This document shows positions 19,099 through 30,400 of a DNA stretch of 64,000 nucleotides, in pieces (position 1 is the first letter of the stretch; every line of letters starts with the position of its first letter). The DNA is taken from positions 1-64,000 of the IMG/VR virus record IMGVR_UViG_3300017971_000027; one strand, written 5' to 3'. The position numbers and the translations under genes were made by a program. Source of the DNA: a virus. Under the pieces are notes generated by a model, which was given only the letters and a program-made list of their open reading frames with translations, was not told the DNA's origin and searched no databases.

Positions 19099-20523
19099 TT
19101 AGTCGGTACTTTGTTGACCTTCACCGGAATCGTCATCATCCCCAGACTCTTCCTTCTGTTCGTTTGCCCGTCCTGCAAACTCGAGTTGGAGTTCCATCTG
19201 GTTAAGCTGCTCTTTCCGTTTAAGATCGGCTTCCTCGTTCGGATCTTTGATCGATGGGATATGTCTCAAGATTGATTCCAGCGACATGAACGGAGCGATA
19301 AGTGGAAGTGCTTTCCAGATCTCCATCTCGTCTACCGGGATGTTGAGATCGAATTTCACCTCGTAATCTTCAAGAACCGGCATCTGCAATACTGACCAGA
19401 CTCTGTTTATCAGGTTGATCCTAGAGCGCAGACCCATCTCGAAGTATTTGGTGAATATTCCTGCCTGCTCGATTTGTGGCTGGAGTTTCAACTTGAGGGC
19501 GATACCACTCGCTCGACCAGTTGATCCGACGATAGTATGGATATCTGCAACGCGAGCCATCATGTGAATGTCACTACGGGTGACCTTCATATCAAACTCT
19601 ACTTTTTGTGGCGCGTTGCCTCGATCCAAGAATTTTACGACAGCATCCTCGCGATTGGTGGTTATGATTTTGTCCTCCCGCATCTTCTGGATATACGATT
19701 TGCCATCGTTGTCCAGCTGATACAGCGCGTTAGGACTGTAACCGTTAATCCACAGTAGACTGTCGACGTTAAAAATAACATCGTCCGCATTAGAAGAACG
19801 TACTGAGTTCCAAATATCCTGCTGGCTGATTATGTCTTCGCCAATAAATGAACGGTCATCACTCGAGACAGAAAAAACCACTATTGGCATCTGGCCATAT
19901 TTATGTTCTGTTATTTCGATATTGGAAGGTTGCGCAAACCTGTGTTCTGGGCTTTCGATCATGAACGACACAATTTTACGGTCGTCGTATACGGTGTAAT
20001 GATCGATAGGCTCTTGGGTGATGCGACCTCGGAAAAGGGTCCCTTCTTCTATCTCAACTTTAAGTATCGCGCCTTGCATGACGCCGTCTTGGTCGTAGAC
20101 GAAAGCCCATCCTTGAGGGCCATAAATGTCAATGCCGATATTCTCGCCGTCAAATGAATGCACCTCGACCGAGAAACCTTCGAGCACACAGTTGAGATAA
20201 TGCTCCATGTCGAGCGCACTGATTCCTGAGTCTCGAACCATCTTCATGAACTCACGGAGGGCGGTTTGGTCTGCATCTACTTTCGAGAGGGTATACTTCA
20301 CGGGGTTGGTCATACAGAACCCGACATGAGAATCGACGATATACTTGATCCAGTTTGTTATTACCTTGTTTTTTGTCTCGCCGTCAGTTTTGCGGGTACC
20401 GGCTTCCTCAAGGATAGCTTGGATGCCGTTGTAGTAGTCCACGCGCCCTTTTTGCACGTTACGACGGTCCTGCTTACTATCCCAAAGCTTGATTACCTCG
20501 TCTACAGTTAAATCGATACCCAT
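19099..20523 (-). CDS. portal protein, SPP1 gp6-like
   Basis: YY.G...I, NK...NW.KYIVD..VG...NPV.Y, H.YG..P.V, SG.ALK.KL motifs. Confidence 0.95.
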   Translation of the reverse strand: MGIDLTVDEVIKLWDSKQDRRNVQKGRVDYYNGIQAILEEAGTRKTDGETKNKVITNWIKYIVDSHVGFCMTNPVKYTLSKVDADQTALREFMKMVRDSGISALDMEHYLNCVLEGFSVEVHSFDGENIGIDIYGPQGWAFVYDQDGVMQGAILKVEIEEGTLFRGRITQEPIDHYTVYDDRKIVSFMIESPEHRFAQPSNIEITEHKYGQMPIVVFSVSSDDRSFIGEDIISQQDIWNSVRSSNADDVIFNVDSLLWINGYSPNALYQLDNDGKSYIQKMREDKIITTNREDAVVKFLDRGNAPQKVEFDMKVTRSDIHMMARVADIHTIVGSTGRASGIALKLKLQPQIEQAGIFTKYFEMGLRSRINLINRVWSVLQMPVLEDYEVKFDLNIPVDEMEIWKALPLIAPFMSLESILRHIPSIKDPNEEADLKRKEQLNQMELQLEFAGRANEQKEESGDDDDSGEGQQSTD

Positions 20524-20526
20524 TCG

Positions 20527-20706
20527 TTAGCCTACCTTCTGACCTCTTTGTTTTTGCGATTCCTTGATGGCCGAACCTTGAAGGTGGGCCTTTTGTTTTG
20601 CACGTTTGCGTGAAGACTCGTTGCCGGGAGTGTAGGTGTAACAGAATCCACTATCACCGTACTTGTACCCCGGTCGACCATTTTTTCTGCACCGTTTGAC
20701 TGGCAT
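20527..20706 (-). CDS. small basic phage protein
   Basis: MPVKRCRKNGRPGYKYGDSGFCYTY...A..QG.AI; RBS GAGGTG. Confidence 0.7.
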   Translation of the reverse strand: MPVKRCRKNGRPGYKYGDSGFCYTYTPGNESSRKRAKQKAHLQGSAIKESQKQRGQKVG

Positions 20707-20707
20707 T

Positions 20708-21270
20708 TTAACACCTCGCAGCCGGAGACTGTCGCAATGAATTGCGATACAGTCTGCCATATTCGTCATATGGTCCGCGAAAACCATTGTTGATTTCGTT
20801 TTGGTACCGCCCCTTCATGCATAGATACACGTTTTTCATTCTCGGCGCGATTACCCATTGAGAACCGGCATCACGAGAAGCACGTTCCTCTTTTTCTATC
20901 TCACTTTCAATCCACTTGAACCGCTCTCTCCAGTTTAATGGTTTGAGCCATTTCCAGATTTCAGCGTCTGACATTTTATACGCTGGTTTGGTACCGGCGT
21001 CGATAGCTGCCTTGATCTTGCTCGTGTCGGCTTTGATTTCAACATTAATCTTCCCGACTATATATTCGCTCAAGTCTTTTTTGTCGAATATGACTTCGCA
21101 CGGGCCGAGATCTTTAACAGGACCCTCACATACCGCCTGCGCAACATTTTTTGTCGCGCCTTTCTTTGCCGGTGGCAGTTTGATTCTCGGTTCAGCTCCT
21201 GCTTTTTTCGAAGCCAGCCCGAGTATTGCACCTGCTCCGCCGAAATCTTCAGAAAATCTGCTCTGTTCAT
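20708..21270 (-). pseudogene. frameshifted gene: Tat-like signal plus tail-tube and tape-measure N-terminal motifs
   Basis: RBS AGGAG/AGGTG then MNRADFLKI; adding one T at 21243-21245 gives FGGAGAILGLASKKAGA...DLGPCEVIF...VGKINVEIKADTS, in frame with ORF 20708..21073. Confidence 0.55.
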
Positions 21271-21282
21271 TCGCACCTACTC

Positions 21283-22851
21283 CTACGCGCCGATATCAGT
21301 CCTGCTCATGAACCCCAGCCTCGGGTCCAGATCCCAGTCAGGGAAATACGTCAGTGCCAACGCATCGGCTTTGTCTGGTGAACGGCCTATCCGTTCTTTA
21401 ATATCTTTCTTTTTCTCCATCTGAATCTTGCCAGACGAATTCGTCTCATACGCCATCTCGCATAATTCTTCGAGCAGTTCATCGTCCGGCGGTAAACACA
21501 ACGTCGCGCCAAATGCAGGGTCTAAAGCATCCCGTAATTTCCAATAACATGCTGCGCGAACATTTAAGAATTGTCGCTGTCCAGTCTCGTCAGAAACGTG
21601 CCGTGCATGAGCGGAGAATTTAACTGGTATACAGTTCGTGATTCCTTGCTCTTCAATTCGCGCATAGACACCGGCACCTTCGCCGATAGCGTCAATAAAC
21701 CCTATCGCAGTCTTGTCACGGCCAAGAATGTTTTTCAGCTCCCCTGCATGTTTCATGTGGGGATTGCCAAGACCTCGACCGGGGATTTCGAATTCGGTCA
21801 CAATATCCCCGTATCGGTGGCAATATACCGAAGAGTCTGACCCCATACCAGCGATGTCCGCACCGAGTCGAAGCGAACCGTTTGTTTCCTTCTCATCATC
21901 TTCGTTCCAATTTGACCATCGTTTGAATGCCGCTTCGACCCAAGTGCGGGGAATGAGACAGTCTTCGGATTGGCGCGGAAATTGGCCAAGTACTTTGCCG
22001 AGCATAATATCTGAAGGTCGGTACCATTGGCCTTTATAACAGAAGTCGAATTCTGTGTCTGGTTTCGCGTCGATCTCTTTGATCTTCGTACACCACGACG
22101 GCATAAGAAGACGTTCTTCAATCCACGTCTTATCGACCTGACCCGGAATATTATTCTCGCCCGTCAGCACGTTCGGCGCGTTCAGACAGTTCAGAGTGAA
22201 TTTGGCGTAGAGGGGATCGAAGAATGATTTATAAAACCCGCCCGTTATCCGAACGGGGTTGCCTACGATCAATAGGCGGGAGTTACCGGTAAGAAGACCC
22301 TCTATCGCCCTAAATGTATCGTCCGTTATGCCGGAGGCCTCGGACATGACTACCAGAACATTTTCGCTGTGGTATCCTGTCCATGCCTCGGCTGATTTGT
22401 CAGCTGCTTTGAATCCTTCGAGATAATGGTTCGAACCTGAGATTTTGCCTTTTTCCGGCAATGTCAGACGTTGCGTCAGTAGCCGACCTTCCAACTCTAT
22501 GCCAAGGCTGGCCAACTTTTCGTTGGCGTTGTTCCACATGCCTGCAATCTCGGTCATCATGATCGACTTAACCTGACGCAGAGTTGGAGCGGTCGAGACT
22601 ACTTTAGAAGGAGAATTGAGGTACAAGAACGCCAGTGATATGGCAGCAGCAACGTAATCTTTACCTCGTGCGTGACCAGAACGGACAGTTGTGCGCCGAT
22701 GATCTTTGCAACACTGCACAGAATCGACGATTTCCTGTTGTTCAGGATCAAGATTTACGTGGAGAACGTCTCGAATCCATTCATTCCAGTGACCATCCTC
22801 GAAGTCGTTTTCGGGCGTTCCACGGTAGTATGTCTTAGATTTTATTTGCAT
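21283..22851 (-). CDS. terL: terminase large subunit
   Basis: Walker A SGHARGKD, VVMSEASG, GNP coupling motif, nuclease LGADIA, DAIGEGAGV, SPD.ADAL. Confidence 0.97.
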   Translation of the reverse strand: MQIKSKTYYRGTPENDFEDGHWNEWIRDVLHVNLDPEQQEIVDSVQCCKDHRRTTVRSGHARGKDYVAAAISLAFLYLNSPSKVVSTAPTLRQVKSIMMTEIAGMWNNANEKLASLGIELEGRLLTQRLTLPEKGKISGSNHYLEGFKAADKSAEAWTGYHSENVLVVMSEASGITDDTFRAIEGLLTGNSRLLIVGNPVRITGGFYKSFFDPLYAKFTLNCLNAPNVLTGENNIPGQVDKTWIEERLLMPSWCTKIKEIDAKPDTEFDFCYKGQWYRPSDIMLGKVLGQFPRQSEDCLIPRTWVEAAFKRWSNWNEDDEKETNGSLRLGADIAGMGSDSSVYCHRYGDIVTEFEIPGRGLGNPHMKHAGELKNILGRDKTAIGFIDAIGEGAGVYARIEEQGITNCIPVKFSAHARHVSDETGQRQFLNVRAACYWKLRDALDPAFGATLCLPPDDELLEELCEMAYETNSSGKIQMEKKKDIKERIGRSPDKADALALTYFPDWDLDPRLGFMSRTDIGA

Positions 22852-22865
22852 GTAGATTCTCTGGC

Positions 22866-23342
22866 CTACATGTCAATCAGTTTCTGCACGTCTTTTTCAG
22901 TAGCTTTAACGGGTGTCTCGTCATCGAGATCGAGCCAACCGACTGTCTTCTTCTCGGTCTTGTCGACCTTAATTGCGTGGGGTTCCTTTTTCCAGTCTTC
23001 ACGTTTGCGCTGAAGCAGTTCCCACCAATATTTCGCGTCTTTGCCACCCGCCTTAACCTTTCGCAGTGCTTCGAGTTCAAACTCGGCACCGGCTTTCTCG
23101 ACGTCGCCGTAGAAGTTGTAATGTTCTATTTCAGATGGCGACAGCTCGGCTACAAGACGTTCTCCAGACTGCACTGCTTCCCAAATCTTCTTGCCACGAT
23201 TCACGAAATGATTTATTCGTCTCGCATCTACACCTATAGCCTTTGCGCCAACAGAAGGAGTAACCCCTTGGCGAATATGGTCTATGATAAGCTTTCGCTG
23301 GTTAGGGCTAATTGACGTTCGCGGCTTTCGTGGCGTGGCCAT
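22866..23342 (-). CDS. terS: terminase small subunit
   Basis: N-terminal HTH, 'A..W.LQR....W'; directly upstream of terL. Confidence 0.75.
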   Translation of the reverse strand: MATPRKPRTSISPNQRKLIIDHIRQGVTPSVGAKAIGVDARRINHFVNRGKKIWEAVQSGERLVAELSPSEIEHYNFYGDVEKAGAEFELEALRKVKAGGKDAKYWWELLQRKREDWKKEPHAIKVDKTEKKTVGWLDLDDETPVKATEKDVQKLIDM

Positions 23343-23558
23343 GTATGAATCCTTACAGTGTATGTGATGATTGTTAGATGTCTAACAGTCTGGTTAAAAA
23401 AAAGATAGTCGAGAGAACAGGTTGACGCTTGACATCTGAACCCTGTTATTTCCATTATGTGGTCGGCAAACACGCACCTGTTCCCTCACTAGATGAGGTA
23501 TAGTCAACTATCGAGACTGTAAGGCGTTGGCTGGCGTGACTTTACGCAAAAAAGGTTG

Positions 23559-23885
23559 TCAACTTTTGTCAAGTTTTTGTCTCGCATCACGCAAGACACG
23601 GGATACCCAAGCCTTATCGACCCCAACATCTGCTGCTATCTCCTGCTGGGTCTTGCCATCGAAAAGGTACATCAGGATGATCTGCTCTTTCTTCTTCAGG
23701 AAGGTGTCGCCCCAATCCATCGGCGGGATTGGAAGCTCGTTCTCTTCAAACACATCGATGACGTCGCCGGTGCGGTATAATAGTTCGCGCTGCGGGACGT
23801 AGTCCTGACCGGCGTATTTCTCGGCCTCTGGACAGAGTTTCTCGCAGATATCGCGTTTTTCACACTTTTCACACAGATTTTTCAT
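23559..23885 (-). CDS. sigma70 region-4-like HTH regulator with N-terminal Cys cluster (candidate late activator)
   Basis: CEKCEKRDICEKLC plus KTQQEIAADVGVDKAWVSRVL. Confidence 0.7.
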   Translation of the reverse strand: MKNLCEKCEKRDICEKLCPEAEKYAGQDYVPQRELLYRTGDVIDVFEENELPIPPMDWGDTFLKKKEQIILMYLFDGKTQQEIAADVGVDKAWVSRVLRDARQKLDKS

Positions 23886-26673
23886 TACTTTATCATATCC
23901 TTGCTGCATTGCGGTTGAATCCGCTTGTTATACTCCTTGAGTTCACGTTCATATTGCATCCTTTCGGCTGGAGTGCGTAATCTGAGTGGCTTGGAAAGGT
24001 CTTTTGGCCGGTCTGGCTTTTCATTGAACCCAGCAAGCCACCCAGAGCTTATAACTACACATCTGCTCATGATATTACCCCTTCAAGCGTATTCTCAAGC
24101 ACTTTTTTCGCATAATCGGCACATCGTGCGCACATTTTGGCGTATTTTGACCATTTTGTGCCTTTGTACCGTTCGATTGGGCCAATTTTGATGTCTAAAA
24201 CCATCGTCTGCTCGTTGCCGGTGATTCTATTGCCACAAATGGCGCAATAATCGGAATAATGGTCAGAAAACTCCAAATCTGGCCGTCCAGTACGTGAAAT
24301 TGGACTATTTTCGTCTATTTTCAGCCTTTTTTCGGGCTTTGTTCCGTTTTCGCTCATCTTTGAACTTTCTCCATGTACCATTGCGATCTACCTCGTATGC
24401 GATTGACTCGTCGTGGTCTAAAAACTTCATCAAGGGCCGGTCAGTACGTTGATCGAGAGGTATTTTCGGGCTGTTTTTTGGCTTATTCCGGTGTTTTTTC
24501 GACATTATCAACCTCGCAACTCGATTTTTCATCAATCTTACCCTCCATTTGCTCGGCTAACTCGCCCATGACAAGGTCTGAGAGCATCTTCAGGGCCAGC
24601 GCATAGTGGACCGGTTCAGGCTCGATTTTACGTTTTTTGGCCTCTTCCATGACCTGCTCCAAAACCTCGCGATTCGCCGTGATCCCGATGCCCTGCTCGC
24701 TAATATCGAGGAAAAACTTCGAAATCGTGCAATATCCTTGGATCTGGTCGTCGGTACAGGCGTCCAGATTGTCGATTAGGTCTGTAAATTCACTCATTTT
24801 CTATCCTTTCAGTCGCACAGCATCACGTAAAGGCCGTAAGCAACCAGCCCAACCAGCAGGACTATATACAATACTTCTTCGCTCATTCGTCAATCCTCAA
24901 CTTTCGCCTGATTTGTCGTTGCTTGTTTTCCAGTTCAGATATTCTTTCCTCGAACATGGCGTCATTCGATTGCTGTTTTTCCCTTTCTTCAGGAGATTGC
25001 AGCAATACCTCGAACTTACCACCCTCAACCATCTCCGCCATTATCGCGGACTTGGAATTACACGAGCCACACATCCACATAGAACTTCGCCTATTATGAT
25101 ATGCGTATCCGTTAATTATTGACCCACAGTCGCAACATTTCTGATTCGTGGCGTAACTCATATCGCTACTCATCTACTTCTCCTGTTTCCTTACCACCAT
25201 CGCGCATTCCGTACACATCCATTCTTTCGTCGCGTGATCGTAATACGCATGTCCGTTCAGTTCAATACCACACTCGCAACATTCACGACGCACGGCGATG
25301 CTTAAACATTTCATTGGTTACATTTCTTTCGTTTTTTTATGAGCAGCTCATCAACCTCTTTCTTTGATAGATATTTTTTGCGCTGGCACTTTGACTTTTG
25401 TTTTTCTTCTTCAATCCACTCTTGAACACGCGCTCGACCTTCCTCTTTTTCTTCTGGCGTTGGCTCGCTCATACTCTCTATTCATCTCCAATCTTGTATG
25501 TCTGGAACACTCTCCATGAAGTCACTGCGAACGGCTTAAAACACTTCGCGCACATCACGTCAGGATCGTTCCACACATCGGTGTACCCCCACGAACTTTG
25601 ACCAATATTAAGTCTAGCCTCGTCGTCGCAGAACATATCATGTGGAGTGCCTTTTAGTTCTTGTGGAAGCGTTCTCTCCCCGCAATATGGACAGACGATA
25701 TATTTGCCACGAAGTCTCCAGCAGTTATTATAACTTTGTATGGCTGGACATTTATCACGAGTGGTTTCATAGCACTCGATACACAAATCATGCATCTGAT
25801 ATATTAAGTTGCCTTCGTCTGTGGCTTCTATTCTTGCTCCACATTTTTCACATTCGTTTCCCATATTCACATCCTCTGGCCCATACCATTCTACAGGTTC
25901 ACAAGTATCATTATCACAATACGGACATTCTTGATTGTCCTCTTCATCAATAGCAACCGGATAACAACTTATATGCCATTGACCACATATTCTACAAACT
26001 ACTTTTGCTACCAGCCACCCTTGACCGCCGTTAGGTATATCTTCACAGCTAAGGTCTTCCATTTCATTCAACCACATATTTTCTAGCAGACTTTTTGGCA
26101 ACAGCAATCAACCTGCACATCAAGGGCCACGCCTCCTCTGGACACTCTGCGGTTTCTTCAGTGTAGTCCTTTGCTATATCCGCATCAACCTCTTCGAGAA
26201 CGTCTAGCAAAACATTTTTCCAATCTATGTTTTCTACAGCTAACTCATTTCTCAATTTCGCGTTCACGGCTCTCTCCCTTTTTATCTGACCTCGCAACCT
26301 ATCTTCAATTGTTTCTTCCGACTTGTTCATACACATCGCTCTACACTCCATGTAGCACCAATAATAAACGGAATTGGATCTTCGAGAAACAAATTCATTG
26401 TTTCCTCGTCAGACGCGCCTTCACTACAACCCCATAGCTGGTAGTTTGGTTCGACTTCGATTATAATTTTCATTCATCGTCCTCGTCCGGCATCGCGATT
26501 TGTTGGCTCGTAGACCGTAGCCAATCCTTATACGCAGCATCGTCAGAGCCGTCGGATTTGTACACGCTGAGAATCCCATCTTTAATCCCGCAGTCGTACT
26601 CGCCAGTAAACTGGTCCGAGACCACTTGGTTTGCGTTTTTGTCGAAATAGAATACTTCGATATATCTGTGCAT
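23885..26673 (-). other. cluster of small hypothetical genes, several with CxxC zinc-binding pairs (24067..24381, 24483..24797, 24883..25173, 25478..26107, 26064..26351, 26470..26673)
   Basis: Tightly packed co-oriented ORFs with RBSs; no recognisable function. Confidence 0.55.
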
Positions 26674-27080
26674 TAGTATCTCCCTGCCAGACTGATCTGG
26701 CTTCCTGAATAACTCAGATACTCACGATGAATATCCATAGTTAGCGTGCTGTTTGTCGGTATCACGACTGCACCAATCTCGTCTCGCTTGAGTACAGGCA
26801 CATTCTCGATCTTGAAATGCCACTCTTCGATTGGGAACCGACATATCTCCATCCCGTTCGTCACATCGCGAAGGATACATTCTGTATACCTGCTCGGAGC
26901 AACCGGAATCTCTCTAACCGGTACTACTTTCGGCTCAGCCAGCACGACTTTCTTCTCGTCCGCATCAACTATCTTCGCCTCGACCTGTGGCATCTTCTCG
27001 ACCGGCCCGACACCTATTGTCTTGATCGTCGCACCGCCGATACCGAGCAGGCCGAGAAAGCCACGCCTATCAGTTTTCAT
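26673..27080 (-). CDS. twin-arginine signal-bearing hypothetical protein
   Basis: N-terminus DRRGFLGLLGIGG matches the Tat consensus RRxFL plus hydrophobic segment; start overlaps the tatA stop. Confidence 0.75.
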   Translation of the reverse strand: MKTDRRGFLGLLGIGGATIKTIGVGPVEKMPQVEAKIVDADEKKVVLAEPKVVPVREIPVAPSRYTECILRDVTNGMEICRFPIEEWHFKIENVPVLKRDEIGAVVIPTNSTLTMDIHREYLSYSGSQISLAGRY

Positions 27081-27246
27081 CGTTGTCCTTTTTTTCCTTG
27101 TCGCGACCAGTCAACCCTCGCCTGAACTCGGTCATGCCTTTACCTAAATCGCCCATCACTCGCGGAAGTTTACCGGCACCAAAAAGTACCAGTACAATAA
27201 ACGCGATTATGACCATTTCCCACGGTCCTACTCCACCACCAATCAT
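27070..27246 (-). CDS. tatA: twin-arginine translocase subunit TatA/E
   Basis: 58 aa, absent from the track: MIGGGVGPWEMVIIAFIVLVLFGAGKLPRVMGDLGKGMTEFRRGLTGRDKEKKDNDEN. TM helix, FG hinge, KLP and amphipathic helix; RBS AAGGAG. Confidence 0.92.
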   Translation of the reverse strand: MIGGGVGPWEMVIIAFIVLVLFGAGKLPRVMGDLGKGMTEFRRGLTGRDKEKKDNDEN

Positions 27247-27293
27247 ATCTTTCTCCTTTCGTAAATTGGTTGCCGTTCAATTACCATAATACC

Positions 27294-27382
27294 ATTATAC
27301 CACAAATGAGGAACCTTTGTCAAGAGGTTTTGAGAAAGTTTGTGAAAACCTCTTGACAAGCAGTGTGGAGCTATGGTATAAT
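27294..27382. promoter_or_regulatory. back-to-back sigma70 promoters inside a 15-bp inverted repeat
   Basis: Minus TTGACA(27323-18)-N18-TATAAT(27299-94); plus TTGACA(27353-58)-N18-TATAAT(27377-82); IR TTGTCAAGAGGTTTT/AAAACCTCTTGACAA. Confidence 0.88.
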
Positions 27383-27427
27383 GGAAGTGGTATGAACAAG
27401 CGGGTAAATACAGAAAGGAGATGCGAA

Positions 27428-30400
27428 ATGAATAATTACCCACCGGGAGTAACAGGTAGCGAGCCACAGATAGTAGGTGATGAAGAGTTTGAAGAACTGT
27501 GTGAATGGATCTACAAGACGATGGCGATGTATGGTATCACAATTTGTGATATCAAGTGTTCGATAGCTGATTCGATAGGTGATGATGAAATGAACATGGG
27601 GAAAGTGAGGTGGCAGGATGTATATTGAAAACCTCGACGAAAGGTACGAAGCCGTCCAACGTTTAGACGACGTCGAAAAGTTCATCTTCTACTTCATGGG
27701 TAAGTCGGAATGGACGTGGCAGGAAGAATGGACCCACGGACAGCTGGCCCGAGAGAAGGAAGAGCTGGAAGCTGTTATAGAAGAATGGGACAAGGTAAAC
27801 TCTTGACACCGGTGATCGGGTTCACCGCAAAAAAAATAAAAAAAGGAACGACGAATGAAACTGACACAAGAGCAAGTCGACAACATAAACGAATTCTTCT
27901 TCTTCGACATGGAGCCAACGTTGGTAACTGGGACAAGAAGCGTCAACGAATTGGGTATAAAACCACTGTGCGACGCCTGCGGACAACGCGCCGATGTCGT
28001 AGTAACTCTTGATGATAATCCAGCATGGTTTGAAGAAGAGGAAGAAGAAGCCGAAGCCACCCAAACATTCATCTGCGGCACCTGCCTGCAAAACATGATC
28101 GCGATGATCGAGAAAAAGCAAAAAGAGCCGTGCATATAAAACAGAAGCCGAAAGCAATTCCAAAACATCTGTGTAAATCATGCGCGATATGGATAGGTTG
28201 CAGGTGGGTCTCGACTCGAGATATGGAAACTGAACCTATTGCAACGAACCATCTGCTCTGCCAAGAATGTTATAGGAAACGGTTCCTAGTTTACGCGCAC
28301 ATGATGATGGACGACGGGTTCGGACGACCTACGATTAAACAGTGGCTCGACGGACAGGAACACGGAAACACCGATTGGCCGGTCGATTTCGATATGGACA
28401 GGCCGGTCGAACAGGAAAAAATGGAACAGCCGTATCAGGTCACGTTGGCCGGTGCGGAACTGGACACGCCGATAATGGAGATCGTGGACCGGTGGCGGTG
28501 TCTGGATGTATTTGTCGGGGAAGATAGTAAACGATATGAAAGGTGCAGAAAATGAACTACGCTGTACAGGCAATGCAGGAAAAACCTTCAGACAAGAATG
28601 CGGAACTTATAAACGAAGGTATTGTACAAATACTCTGTCCAGACATTGTGACTGCAACCACATACGGAAAACTGCTCTCTCTACCAATCGGGGAAGTACA
28701 CAACGTCGTGGATAAAATCAGGGTCATCGAGTTCAGAATTATCATGGAACTCGAAAAAAACGAAGAAGGCATATGGCATGAGCCGACACAGATCGACAGA
28801 ATGATCGAAGAGGTAGAATAATGGAAGCCGTGACAGCTGACAAGAAAAAAATAACAACAGTATATTACGAAACCACGGTATACTCGTCGGGTGAAGCGTT
28901 CGAGATATTAGAGGCGCAGAATTTCGAGGGCGACAACGTAACAACAGAAGTCGCGAGCTATGCCTATGGACTACACTTGATTGTCTACGACGGCAAACAG
29001 GTCGTGGGCCGGTTCCGTCGCTGGGTGGGAGTCGTGGTGACGCCGTGAAGATAGCCGACCACAAACACGCCTACTGCATCGAATGTCTCTCGCACACCGG
29101 CCCGTTCATCGAGTTTGGCGACGAGTTTAGCACACACGAAATGTTCTGCTGGGACTGTATCAAAAAGGCCAACCGGATGCTGGGCGAGGATGCAGCTGAT
29201 AAAGACGAGAAGCTGGCCCGAACCATCGAACAAGTCAAAAAGGCAGGCTGGGGCGAAGATCTTGAACAGGATATAATCGACATGCTGCTCGAAGGCAAAG
29301 AGCTTACAATGAAGTTCAGGGAGCTTGGGCGATGATTGAAATAGTAGGTGGCGGGTACGAATATGGCGAATGCGACTGCTGTAAGAAAAAAGTCGGCAAG
29401 GCTGTAAGGTATATGAAGTCGTTCAAAGCGTGGGCCACACCAATGTATTACATCTGCGAGGACTGTATCGTGGAACATATAATCAGCAGGATTCCAGCAA
29501 AGGAAGAGTCGTTCACAGGTGGGGAAGGTGGCCATATACAAGACTGGCACGGAAGGGAAGGTTGAGATGATCGAGATAGTCAAAGACGATACAATACAGC
29601 GATGCGATAGCTGTGCAGGATGGTTCCGCTTGATGGCGGTGATAACCAAGTACGACGAACACTATCCAGACAGCCATAGGGACCGCCCACAGATATGCGC
29701 CGACTGTCTGGCAGCTGGTAATAGGAAGATGCTGGCAGCGGAGATCGTGGCAAGACTGAAGGAGGGAAGCTGATGGAAGTCACAATGATACCGGACGCGA
29801 ACATGAAAACCTTCAAAGACGGCTCGCGATACCCGTACTGTGACAACTGCGAATCCAACGGGCCGGTGATAGTAATTGACCAAGAAACGGAAGACGATAG
29901 CACGACCACGCTGATGCTATGCGCCCACTGCCTAAAGAAAGCGATGTACGCAGTCGAGGCCGAAGAGATGCGGGTCAGGGCGATACGGAGAAAGGCGAGG
30001 AAAGGCAGATGAAGACCACAGTCGTCAACCGGCACAAGGAACAGTTCGACGTCTACATAGGCCGAGGCTCGAAGTGGGGCAACCCGTTCGTAATAGGCCG
30101 AGACGGTAACCGCGAACAGGTAATCGAAATATATCGTCAATGGATAAAAGGTCAACACAAGTTGCTGGCCGACCTGCACGAGCTGAAAGGCAAAAGACTC
30201 GGGTGTTACTGTAAGCCGAAAGCGTGTCATGGAGATGTGTTAGTGGAGTTGGTGGAGGCCGGTTTTTCTGAAAAATAGGAAAAAATAAAAATGGACAAGC
30301 TCAAAAAACTCGAAGCTGCCTTGGTGTGGATTCGCAAAAACGCCGAGTGGATCAAACTATACGACCGAACAGCTCAACTATGTAAACAGTGTGGCCGTAC

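Noticed and set aside
657-23315. Plus-strand ORFs across the structural module
   Set aside because: Antisense shadows of well-supported minus-strand genes; no RBS or motifs.
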